A stretch of 32,000 nt of DNA from Nitrosopumilus sp. (GTDB taxonomy: Archaea > Thermoproteota > Nitrososphaeria > Nitrososphaerales > Nitrosopumilaceae), in assembly GCA_963662625.1 (NCBI GenBank), contig OY759726.1, forward strand, positions 1,179,867-1,211,866, written 5' to 3'. Below the pieces are notes generated by a model. The model saw only the letters and a program-made list of their open reading frames with translations, was not told the DNA's origin and ran no database searches. Within the stretch, counting starts at the first letter, position 1. Every line of letters begins with the position of its first letter. Of the stretch, positions 1 through 7,456 are shown in pieces. A program made the translations under genes and the position numbers.

Positions 1-297
1 CTGCTGAGGCCAGGCGGGCTCCTGTTCCTCAGGGTGAACTCCCGCTCCACCGACGTCTGGCACCGGCACGATGTGGTCGAGGAGGACGCGCTTGGCGGGT
101 TCACCGTCCGCTACGGAGAGGGCCCGAAAAAAGGACTCTGCATACATTTTTTCTCCCGGGAGGGGCTGGAGGAACGCCTCCGGCGCGCGGGCCTGGCGCC
201 CGTGTCGGGCCCGAGGGAGGTCACCGAGCCCCGCGCCCCCCCTAGATCCGGCTCGTGGTCCCAGTGGGAGGTCGTCGCGGAGAAACGCGGCCCGTGA
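1..297 (+). CDS. C-terminal fragment of a probable class I SAM-dependent methyltransferase (5' end lies outside the window)
   Basis: Frame 1 is open from base 1 (LLRPGGLLFLRVNS...), with the stop at 295-297. The LLxPGGxLxL strand is typical of Rossmann-fold methyltransferases. The rest of the fragment is not diagnostic. Confidence 0.5.
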   Translation: MLRPGGLLFLRVNSRSTDVWHRHDVVEEDALGGFTVRYGEGPKKGLCIHFFSREGLEERLRRAGLAPVSGPREVTEPRAPPRSGSWSQWEVVAEKRGP

Positions 298-318
298 TCC
301 GCCGCGGCCGGCTACTGG

Positions 319-397
319 TGGTGCTCCTGTCGGGATTTGAACCCGAGATCACTGCCTTGAAAGGGCAGTATGCTTGACCGGTCTACACCACAGGAGC
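319..397 (-). tRNA. tRNA-Glu (anticodon UUC), with genomically encoded CCA
   Basis: The reverse complement reads gctcctg tg gtgtagaccggtcaagcat a ctgcc cTTTCaa ggcag tgatc tcggg ttcaaat cccga caggagc a cca. Acceptor, anticodon and T stems all pair, and the anticodon loop is cuUUCaa. Confidence 0.9.
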
Positions 398-423
398 CTG
401 CTTGAACGATTCGCCTTGACCAT

Positions 424-450
424 AAAATCTTTTTGAACCGCAAAGATTTT
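424..450. promoter_or_regulatory. Perfect 9-bp inverted repeat (aaaatcttt-N9-aaagatttt) overlapping the T-rich TATA-like box upstream of the 476 CDS
   Basis: Read directly: 424-432 aaaatcttt, 442-450 aaagatttt, followed by ttttttaac about 20-29 nt before the ATG at 476. Confidence 0.3.
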
Positions 451-475
451 TTTAACGGTCGCGTCAAACAATAAC

Positions 476-1111
476 ATGAGCAAACTAGTACAAAAGATAG
501 ACGAAATGATTGAGCAGCGCAGCCTGCTCGGGCACCCGTTTTACGAGATGTGGTCCGACGGGAAGCTCGCGCAGGGGGCCCTGGCCGGGTACTCGAAGGA
601 ATACTTTCAGCTGGTAAAGGCCGTCCCGTCGTTCATGAGCCCGATCATCGACAAGGCCCCGGGCGACGTCGTCGGCGAACTCGTCGAAAACCAGCGGGAG
701 GAGTACGATCACATCGGATCCTGGGTGAAGTTCGCAGGTGAGCTGGGCGTGTCCGAGCAGGAACTGACAGAGTATCACGGGCTGGAGAAGACCAACCAGG
801 CGGTATCTGCCCTGTCCGGGCTGATGGACACGTTCGAGGGCGGCGCGTGCGCGATGTACGCGTTTGAGAAGGAGATCCCGAAGGTCAGCCAGACAAAGCT
901 CGACGGCCTGGCGGGGTTTTACGGCATCACGAGCGATGACGCTACCAGGTACTTCAGGCTCCACACCGAGGCGGACATCAGGCACGCGGCATCCTGGAGG
1001 AACATACTCGAGCGGTGCCCGGACGACTCGGACAACCTGATCCGGGTGGCAGGCGAGTCCATCGGCGCGCAGCACGCGCTGCTTGACGGTTGCTACGAGG
1101 CATACTGCTAG
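476..1111 (+). CDS. Haem-oxygenase-like di-iron protein of the PqqC/TenA/CADD family
   Basis: 211 aa. The N-terminus LLGHPFYxxWxxGxL...YSKEYFQLV is typical of PqqC/CADD-like proteins. Candidate metal ligands are EEYDH, FEKE and H-x3-D-x2-H (LHTEADIRHA). Confidence 0.8.
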   Translation: MSKLVQKIDEMIEQRSLLGHPFYEMWSDGKLAQGALAGYSKEYFQLVKAVPSFMSPIIDKAPGDVVGELVENQREEYDHIGSWVKFAGELGVSEQELTEYHGLEKTNQAVSALSGLMDTFEGGACAMYAFEKEIPKVSQTKLDGLAGFYGITSDDATRYFRLHTEADIRHAASWRNILERCPDDSDNLIRVAGESIGAQHALLDGCYEAYC

Positions 1112-1236
1112 CCCCGGCAGCGCCCCGCGGGCAAAAGCCCCGGGAATCCGCGCGACGGGACGGCCCGCAGCCCGCGTGGGGACGCGCGGCAGCCGGCCTC
1201 GTAACATTTTATACCGAAGAAAAAACCCATCTGCTA

Positions 1237-1310
1237 GGGCCCGTAACTCAGCTTGGTAGAGTAACCGGCTCATAACCGGTGAGCCAAGGGATCGAAGCCC
1301 TTCGGGCCCA
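1237..1310 (+). tRNA. tRNA with CAU anticodon (elongator Met, or Ile2 if C34 is modified)
   Basis: gggcccg ta actc agcttggta gagt a accgg ctCATaa ccggt gagcc aaggg atcgaag ccctt cgggccc a. All four stems pair. A ttttata box lies about 25-30 nt upstream. No encoded CCA. Confidence 0.9.
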
Positions 1311-1313
1311 TAC

Positions 1314-1331
1314 CGTTTTCTTTATTTATTT
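1314..1331 (+). terminator. Oligo-T tract downstream of tRNA-CAU (archaeal-type terminator candidate)
   Basis: The tract ttttctttatttattt lies immediately after the tRNA 3' end. Confidence 0.35.
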
Positions 1332-1783
1332 GGTCCCGTGTTTTTACACCGCATGTGGCCAATCATGACTGCGGCTTGGAAAAGCCGGAGCGCCTCCGCC
1401 GTTTGACAGCCTCGTGGCCGGGATAAGGGACGGCGCCACCGCCACCTGGCAAACACACAGGGGGCAGATGGACGCGTCCCCCAATCCCGAGCACGGGCGG
1501 GATCCCCCGTAGCAGGAGAGGCGGCTGCTGCCAGAAGGAGATTTTGCCGCGGCCGCCAATGATTTCGCGGGCCTGGCGAAGACGGATCCGGCCCTGGGGG
1601 CAATGGTGCGCAAGAGGGGGGATGGCCTAGGCCAAAACGCGCGGCTGTTTGGGGCGTTGGCCAGGATCCGCCCGCCCGGCTTGATCTCGGGGGCTTTTGC
1701 GCGCTGCCGCGGGACCGTGGAACGCGCATCGGGGTCTTGCACGCGTGCGGCACGGGCCGGCAAAACGCGCTGCCGGGATCCGC

Positions 1784-2262
1784 CTACGTCGAGCCGGGAC
1801 GGCGGTTCCCAATGTCCCTTCCCAGGCCTGAGAGGGCCCGCTGAAAAATAACGGCGTCCCCTTTAGTTTTCCTTACGTCCGGGGAGAGCCTCTCAAAATT
1901 CGCCCTGGCCAGGTCCGACGTCCTGGTTACCCTCGCGGCAGGCTCCTCGTCCCCCATGCTGTGCGCCACGCGTCATCGAGCAGGTTGTTGGCCTCGAAAA
2001 TGGCCGCCGCCGCCGCGTGGCTTCCACAATCCCTTGCCACCAGCTCGTCGATCCCGCCGATCGTCTTCCCCATGGACATGAGCCTCTTGAACTTGACGCA
2101 TTCCGCGTAGGCCCCCAAGCGCCACGAACGCGGCCAACCCGGAGTACGGCGCGGCCGTCTGCACGGCATCTGCCCGGATCCCCTCGCCGCATGCCGCGTG
2201 CGCGGCAAGCAGCACGGCCAGGGACGCCGCAAGCGTGATGCCGGTCGCCGCAAAGCGGCCGG
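1784..2262 (-). pseudogene. Possible decayed gene. Protein-like segments switch frames at least twice.
   Basis: Minus strand. One frame gives FAATGITLAASLAVLLAAHAACGEGIRADAVQTAAPYSGLAAFVALG (about 2254-2116). A second frame gives AYAECVKFKRLMSMGKTIGGIDELVARDCGSHAAAAAIFEANNLLDDAW (about 2110-1960). The first frame then resumes with GDEEPAARVTRTSDLARANFERLSPDVRKTKGDAVIFQRAL (1969-1787). No single intact ORF and no family recognised. Confidence 0.2.
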
Positions 2263-2499
2263 GACTCCCTGCTACGCGATCCTTGGAACGCGCCCACACG
2301 CAAGCCGCACGGGCCCGCGCTAGAAACGCGTTTTGGATCGTGCCCGCGGAGCGGCGCCGCGCCGCGGGACGATCCCGGGCGATCGGCCGGGCCCCCGGTT
2401 CCCCCCGCGCGGAGGCCGGGCGCGCTCGATCGCAGCCGGCCGCCCGGCAGCGCCGCGCCATTAGATTGATTTAATTATTGAGATTTTTTTTGCCAAGTC

Positions 2500-3414
2500 A
2501 TGCTTACAATCATCGGCTCCGGAAAGGTGGGGGGAGACGCGGCGCTGTTCTCCGCCCTGAAGAGGCTGGACGACCAAATACTGCTGCTTGACGTCGTGGA
2601 GGGGCTGCCACAGGGGGAGGCGATGGACATAAACCACATGCTGTCAGAGCAGGGGATCGACGTGGAGATCAGGGGCTCAAACGACTATGCCGACATGCGG
2701 GGATCAGACGCCGTCGTGGTGGTCGCCGGCTCGGGAAGGAAGCCGGGGATGACCAGGATGGACCTGCTGAAGATCAACGCCTCCATCGTGAAGAGCGTGG
2801 TGGAAAACGTCAAGAGGCACGCGGGCGACTCCATGCTGATCCCGGTGACAAACCCGCTGGATCCGATGGCATACCTGTCATACAGGGTGTCGGGATTCGA
2901 AAGGAACCGCGTCTTCGGAATGGGCGGGATGCTGGATCTGTCCAGGTTCAGGCAATTCATCCACGAGGCGACGGGGCATTCGCGGGATTCCATAAGGGCC
3001 CTGGTGATCGGGGAGCACGGGGAGAACATGCTCCCGCTGCCCCGGTTCTCGTCCGTCTCCGGAATCCCACTGGCGTCGCTCCTTTCGGGCGAGAAGATGG
3101 ACGAGCTGGTGCGGAGCACCAGGCAGGTCGCGGCCAAGGTCATCGAGCTGAAGGGCGCCACGGTCCACGCGCCGGGGAACGCGATCTCGGCAATCGTGGA
3201 GGCGGTAGTCAGGAACAGGAGGCAGGTGATCCCGGTATCCACCCCGCTGGACGGGGAGTACGGGCACTCGGACGTCGCAATCGGGGTCCCGGCCGTAATC
3301 GGGTGCAACGGAGTCGAGAAGATCGTGGAGCTTGACCTCGACGCGGACGAGAGGCGGGTGTTCGACGACGGGGTCCGGAGCGTCAAGGAAGCGGCATCCG
3401 GGGCAGGAATCTAA
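2500..3414 (+). CDS. mdh: Malate dehydrogenase (LDH-like MDH family)
   Basis: 304 aa. Contains the IIGSGKVG dinucleotide fold, GMTRMDLL substrate Arg, VTNPLD and catalytic IGEHGE. An AT-rich box tttaattatt lies about 21-30 nt upstream. Confidence 0.95.
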   Translation: MLTIIGSGKVGGDAALFSALKRLDDQILLLDVVEGLPQGEAMDINHMLSEQGIDVEIRGSNDYADMRGSDAVVVVAGSGRKPGMTRMDLLKINASIVKSVVENVKRHAGDSMLIPVTNPLDPMAYLSYRVSGFERNRVFGMGGMLDLSRFRQFIHEATGHSRDSIRALVIGEHGENMLPLPRFSSVSGIPLASLLSGEKMDELVRSTRQVAAKVIELKGATVHAPGNAISAIVEAVVRNRRQVIPVSTPLDGEYGHSDVAIGVPAVIGCNGVEKIVELDLDADERRVFDDGVRSVKEAASGAGI

Positions 3415-3441
3415 GCATTTTTTTATTCGGGCGGCCACCGG

Positions 3442-4224
3442 ATGCTGTTGGAGACGCGCGAGATCCTGGGGGCCCTGGAGGCGGGAAAGATTTCGGTCGG
3501 CCAGGCGCAGCGGCTTCTGTCGCTTTACTCGATTGAAAAGATAGAGGGGTTTGCCAAGATAGACGTCGACAGGGGAAGGAGGAGGGGGATGCCGGAGGTG
3601 GTCTTCGCCGAAAACAAGGAGCTTGCCGAGACGAAAAAGATCATCAGGCGGGTGCTTGAAAAGTCAAACTCGCTGGTGGTCTCGCGCCTCACGAAGGCCG
3701 ACTACCCCAAGGTCGTCTCGTACGCCAGGGGGCTGAAGATCAAGGTCAGGACCGGGCGCAAGTCGTCGTCCGTCCTCCTGTACAGGAAGCCGATAAGGCC
3801 AGGGGGCGGCAAGGTCGGCATCCTGGCCGCGGGAACGTCCGACATCGGGGTGGCAGAGGAGTCCAGGCTGGTCTGCGAGGCGATGCGCTGCCGGTGCATC
3901 ACCGGCTTCGACGTGGGGGTCGCCGGGATCCAGCGGATCTTCCCGGCCCTGAGGGAGATGGTGGCCGGGGACGTCGACTGCATCGTCGTGGTGGCCGGCA
4001 TGGAAGGGGCGCTGGCAACGTTGGTCGCCTCGATGGTGGACATCCCGGTGATCGGCGTGCCCACGTCCGTGGGGTACGGGTACGGCGAGAAGGGGATCGC
4101 GTCGCTGGCGTCGATGCTGCAGAGCTGCACGCTCGGCATGTCCGTGGTCAACATCGACAACGGGATAGCGGCGGGCGCGATGGCTGCAAACATCGCCAAC
4201 AGGGCCTCGAGGAGGGCCGGATAG
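3442..4224 (+). CDS. larB: LarB-like PurE-family protein (pyridinium-3,5-biscarboxylic acid mononucleotide synthase / NCAIR-mutase-like, COG1691 type)
   Basis: 260 aa. N-terminal helical region, then a PurE-like core: VGILAAGTSDIGVAEE...VVVAGMEGALATLVA...PVIGVPTSVGYG. Confidence 0.8.
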   Translation: MLLETREILGALEAGKISVGQAQRLLSLYSIEKIEGFAKIDVDRGRRRGMPEVVFAENKELAETKKIIRRVLEKSNSLVVSRLTKADYPKVVSYARGLKIKVRTGRKSSSVLLYRKPIRPGGGKVGILAAGTSDIGVAEESRLVCEAMRCRCITGFDVGVAGIQRIFPALREMVAGDVDCIVVVAGMEGALATLVASMVDIPVIGVPTSVGYGYGEKGIASLASMLQSCTLGMSVVNIDNGIAAGAMAANIANRASRRAG

Positions 4225-4286
4225 CTGCGGCGACCCCCAACTTTTCTCGTAAATGATATATATCATACCAGAACGAAGTTTTATGA

Positions 4287-5864
4287 TTGGCTGGAAAACG
4301 AATCGTGCTCACGGCGGACCGCAGTCTGATGACGAACTACAGGGGCAACTTCCTCTACGGGTTCATCGCGTGCGGGCCGTACGAGGTCCTCCCGGAATGG
4401 GTGTTCGACAAGGTGTTCTGCCCGGCCGTGGAGACCGATCCCGCCACCGGGGAGTCCAAGGTAGCCCAGGTGGGGCTGCGAAGGGTGGAGAGCGCCCTGC
4501 TCCAGGGATACGACCGCCAGGACGTCTTCATCGCCAACCCTGAGATGCTCGAAAAGTCGATAGGGGCCGACACCAAGGTCGTGGGGATAAACGTGATGGA
4601 TCCGCTCGGGATGGCACCCGTCACCACCACGATGTCGCCAGAAAAGCTGTCGTACGTCGCGATGAAGTTCAAGAAGATGTGCGCGAGCATAATCCAGCTG
4701 AAGAAGAAGTACGACTTCCACGTGGTGGTCGGGGGGAACGGCGCGTGGGAGCTGGCCAAGTCGGACAGGATGAGGATCCACGGGATCGACACGGTGGTGG
4801 TCGGCGAGGCAGACGAGCTGGCCCTGGACCTGTTCAACGACCTGGAGAAGGGCGACGCGCCAGAACTGATGCACTGCTTCGTGAAGAACATCCAGAACAT
4901 CCCTGTCATAGAGGGCCCCACGATCAACTCCCTGATCGAGGCCATGCGGGGATGCGGGAGGGGGTGCGACTTTTGCGACGTGAACAAGAGGTCGAAGAAG
5001 GACCTGCCGCTCGACAGGCTGAAGAAGGAGGCGAGGATAAACCTGGACTACGGGTTCGACTCCATCTGGCTCCACTCCGACGAGATGCTGCTGTACGGGT
5101 GCGACAACAGGGACTTTGTCCCCAACAGGGAGGCGATAACGGACCTGTGGAAGGGCCTCAAGGGCATGGGGGCGAACTTTGTCGGCACCACGCACATGAC
5201 GTTTTCCGCAGTGGCGGCGGATCCGCAGCTGATGCAGCAGATCTCGAGGATCAACAGGCAGGACGAGACGGGGAGGTGGCTTGCCACCAACCTCGGGATC
5301 GAGACGGTCGCCCCGGACATGGTGAAAAAACATCTGGGGGTCAAGACGCGGCCGTTCGCTCCCGAGGAGTGGGGCAGCGTGGTGAGGGAGGGCGCGAAGA
5401 TCCTCAACGAGAACCACTGGTTCCCCGCCGCGACGATCATCATCGGGTGGCCGGACGAGACCCCCGACGACATCCAGCACACCATCGACATGATGGGGGA
5501 CTTCAGGGAGATGGACTTTAGGGGGCTGGTGGCACCGCTGCTCTACCAGGACTTCAGCGAGAAGAACTCCATGCACTTTGGGAACCTCAACGAGGCCCAG
5601 TTCACGCTGTTCTGGAGGTGCTGGGAGAACAACCTGAGGGTGATCAACGACATCATCCCAATCATCCTCCGCAACAAGACCTACGGGCCGCCGATGAAGG
5701 TCTTCATGTACGGGATCCTCAAGGCGGGGACGTGGGCGATAATGAGGTACCTGCGGGGCCTGTGCAAGGACCTCTTCAACGGCAGGACGCCAGACGAGAT
5801 AATAGACAAGTACGCCAGGAGCAGGTCGGTGTCTGCGCCCAAAATCCAGACCAAGAAGCTCTGA
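4287..5864 (+). CDS. Radical SAM enzyme with an N-terminal B12-binding-like (Rossmann) domain; specific function unknown
   Basis: 525 aa. CGRGCDFC is the CX3CX2C radical-SAM cluster motif. It is preceded by VVGINVMDPLG...VVVGGNGA, which resembles class-B radical SAM cobalamin domains. TTG start, with a palindromic TATA-like atgatatatatcat 21-38 nt upstream. Confidence 0.85.
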   Translation: MAGKRIVLTADRSLMTNYRGNFLYGFIACGPYEVLPEWVFDKVFCPAVETDPATGESKVAQVGLRRVESALLQGYDRQDVFIANPEMLEKSIGADTKVVGINVMDPLGMAPVTTTMSPEKLSYVAMKFKKMCASIIQLKKKYDFHVVVGGNGAWELAKSDRMRIHGIDTVVVGEADELALDLFNDLEKGDAPELMHCFVKNIQNIPVIEGPTINSLIEAMRGCGRGCDFCDVNKRSKKDLPLDRLKKEARINLDYGFDSIWLHSDEMLLYGCDNRDFVPNREAITDLWKGLKGMGANFVGTTHMTFSAVAADPQLMQQISRINRQDETGRWLATNLGIETVAPDMVKKHLGVKTRPFAPEEWGSVVREGAKILNENHWFPAATIIIGWPDETPDDIQHTIDMMGDFREMDFRGLVAPLLYQDFSEKNSMHFGNLNEAQFTLFWRCWENNLRVINDIIPIILRNKTYGPPMKVFMYGILKAGTWAIMRYLRGLCKDLFNGRTPDEIIDKYARSRSVSAPKIQTKKL

Positions 5865-5906
5865 TCCCCGGCGCCGTCCCGAACGCGGGGCTTGGGGCCC
5901 GGCCCC

Positions 5907-6230
5907 TCACATCTTTTCGATGGCCACGTCAGCTATCGTGTTGCGCTTGGGGGTGAGGCAGACGAAGTAGTTCTTGTCGGCCCTCTCTATCCCGCCTACC
6001 TTTTTGAAGGATCCCGACGACACGTCGAACTCGTATATCCCCTGCTCCAGGGATCCCTTCGCGTAGATCATTAGGTAGGAGTTCCCCGACGTCGGGCTCA
6101 GGGGGATGAATGACATCACGTAGCCCTTGTACGAGTTTACCGGCATGGTGTTCTTCATGGGCGGGGCGGCCGACGCCATGTACAGGAAGATGTCCTCTAT
6201 CTTGTCAAACTCCTCGTACTCTATCTGCAT
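5907..6230 (-). CDS. Hypothetical small protein (107 aa)
   Basis: Balanced, non-GC-skewed amino-acid composition. Lies directly downstream of the two surface-protein genes on the same strand. No recognisable motif. Confidence 0.55.
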   Translation of the reverse strand: MQIEYEEFDKIEDIFLYMASAAPPMKNTMPVNSYKGYVMSFIPLSPTSGNSYLMIYAKGSLEQGIYEFDVSSGSFKKVGGIERADKNYFVCLTPKRNTIADVAIEKM

Positions 6231-6261
6231 GGAGAATGGTGGCCGGCTTCAGTATAATAAC

Positions 6262-7395
6262 CTAGAGCCTTGCGGCCGACTGCCTGGACTTGAGGTGCCT
6301 GTGCACCTTGAAGCCTACGAGCGCCGGCGCGGCGACGTACATCCCTAGGTTCAGCGCGATCACGGAGGCGCCCAGCCCCAGCACCTCGGCCTCGGAACCG
6401 GGGTCCGCCAGGGTCATTATTGACAGGGTCGCCATCATCGGCGTGATGAACGCGCGCACCGCCTCCCTGAATGCCTGGTTCTCCCGTTCCAGGTCGGCTA
6501 CCGCCGGAGAGAACGAATAGTACCACTGGTTGAAGCCGTCCATGAACGCGGCGCCAGACGACGTGCTCATGACCACGTTGTCGCGCACCTCCCTGAGGGA
6601 CTGCACCTGGTGGGCCATCTCGGAGCCGTATGCCGCAGTCGCGATCAGGCAACCGCCGCCATTCCCGTCGCCAGTCTGGACCGGCACGCACTGCCCATCT
6701 ACCGCCATCGTGCCTTCGCCGCAGACCACGGAAGCGGGCTTGTCTATGCACTGCCCATCCACCAGGTCCTGGTCCGGGCCGCAGGTGACCGGCTGGGGCA
6801 TCCTGTCTATGCACTGCCCATCCACCAGGTCCTGGTCCGGGCCGCAGGTGACCGGCTGGGGCATCCTGTCTATGCACTGCCCATCCACCAGGTCCTGGTC
6901 CGGGCCGCAGGTGACCGGCTGGGGCATCCTGTCTATGCACTGCCCATCCACCAGGTCCTGGTCCGGGCCGCAGGTGACAGGCTGGGGCGCCGGCGCGGCC
7001 TCGCCCCCGGCGTACACCACGACCGTCTTGCCGCCCTGGGCGCCGAAGCGCACCTCGATGGAGTAGTCGCCGGCGGCCTTCCACATGGGGATCGCGGCCA
7101 CGAACGAGGCGGAGAACGTGCCGTCTGACCCGGGCGTGACCTGCCCGATGTCCACCAGCGCGCCGTTGGGGGCCTTTATCATGATGAGGACGTCCTGGCC
7201 CGCGTCATCGGCGGGGTCGTAGTCACGTATGCTCCCGCTGACGTTTACCCGGTCGCCGTTCCCGTACGACGGGAGCTCGGTTGATACCGAGATCGGCGGT
7301 ATGTTATGGGAGTCCGCAAGCGCGCTGTCGCTTGCGCCATAAGACAAAAGCGAAACGGTCAACAACATTACAGCTAAGGGCCCCCTGATCCTCAT
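6262..7395 (-). CDS. Secreted/membrane-anchored protein with tandem Cys-x10-Cys modules and a C-terminal GCLIATAAYGSE-type domain plus a TM helix
   Basis: I prefer the ATG at 7395 (MRIRGPLAVMLLTVSLLSYGASDSALA signal peptide) over the ORF-track start at 7455. Four identical 21-aa units PQPVTCGPDQDLVDGQCIDRM. The C-terminus has CLIATAAYGSEMAHQVQSLREVRDN... and the hydrophobic stretch VLGLGASVIALNLGMYVAAPALVGF. Confidence 0.8.
   Translation of the reverse strand: MRIRGPLAVMLLTVSLLSYGASDSALADSHNIPPISVSTELPSYGNGDRVNVSGSIRDYDPADDAGQDVLIMIKAPNGALVDIGQVTPGSDGTFSASFVAAIPMWKAAGDYSIEVRFGAQGGKTVVVYAGGEAAPAPQPVTCGPDQDLVDGQCIDRMPQPVTCGPDQDLVDGQCIDRMPQPVTCGPDQDLVDGQCIDRMPQPVTCGPDQDLVDGQCIDKPASVVCGEGTMAVDGQCVPVQTGDGNGGGCLIATAAYGSEMAHQVQSLREVRDNVVMSTSSGAAFMDGFNQWYYSFSPAVADLERENQAFREAVRAFITPMMATLSIMTLADPGSEAEVLGLGASVIALNLGMYVAAPALVGFKVHRHLKSRQSAARL
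6741..6988. repeat. 63-bp tandem repeat, about 3.9 copies, first three copies identical
   Basis: Unit tgtctatgcactgcccatccaccaggtcctggtccgggccgcaggtgaccggctggggcatcc starts at 6741, 6804, 6867 and 6930. The first mismatch is at 6979. In frame within the 6262-7395 CDS. Confidence 0.95.
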
Positions 7396-7456
7396 TATTG
7401 CTCTTGAGTCGTGCTTGTGGGTATTTATGTATTCAATGAAAGAAAAATTGACCATG

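Noticed and set aside
485-1273. 262-aa minus-strand ORF antisense to the PqqC/CADD-like gene. Similar long antisense or alternate-frame ORFs occur at 4281-5576(-), 7415-8767(+), 8783-9937(+), 9891-11390(+), 10809-11756(-), 11421-13094(+), 13990-15609(-), 15807-17072(-), 27680-28732(-) and 29820-30869(-).
   Set aside because: All are Arg/Pro/Gly/His/Ala-rich with no motifs, and each overlaps a gene with strong family signatures on the other strand or in another frame. This is the expected stop-codon depletion in DNA of 60-70% GC.
1237-2461. Integrated element at tRNA-CAU (tRNA genes are common att sites, and the adjacent 1.1 kb is compositionally odd)
   Set aside because: I found no direct repeat of the tRNA 3' half downstream, no integrase, and no other mobile-element gene. 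The compositional oddity is kept as a separate low-confidence finding.
6741-6988. Possible CRISPR array (regular repeats here and at 18262-18700)
   Set aside because: The repeats are directly tandem with no unique spacers, lie in frame inside coding sequences, and there are no cas genes in the window.
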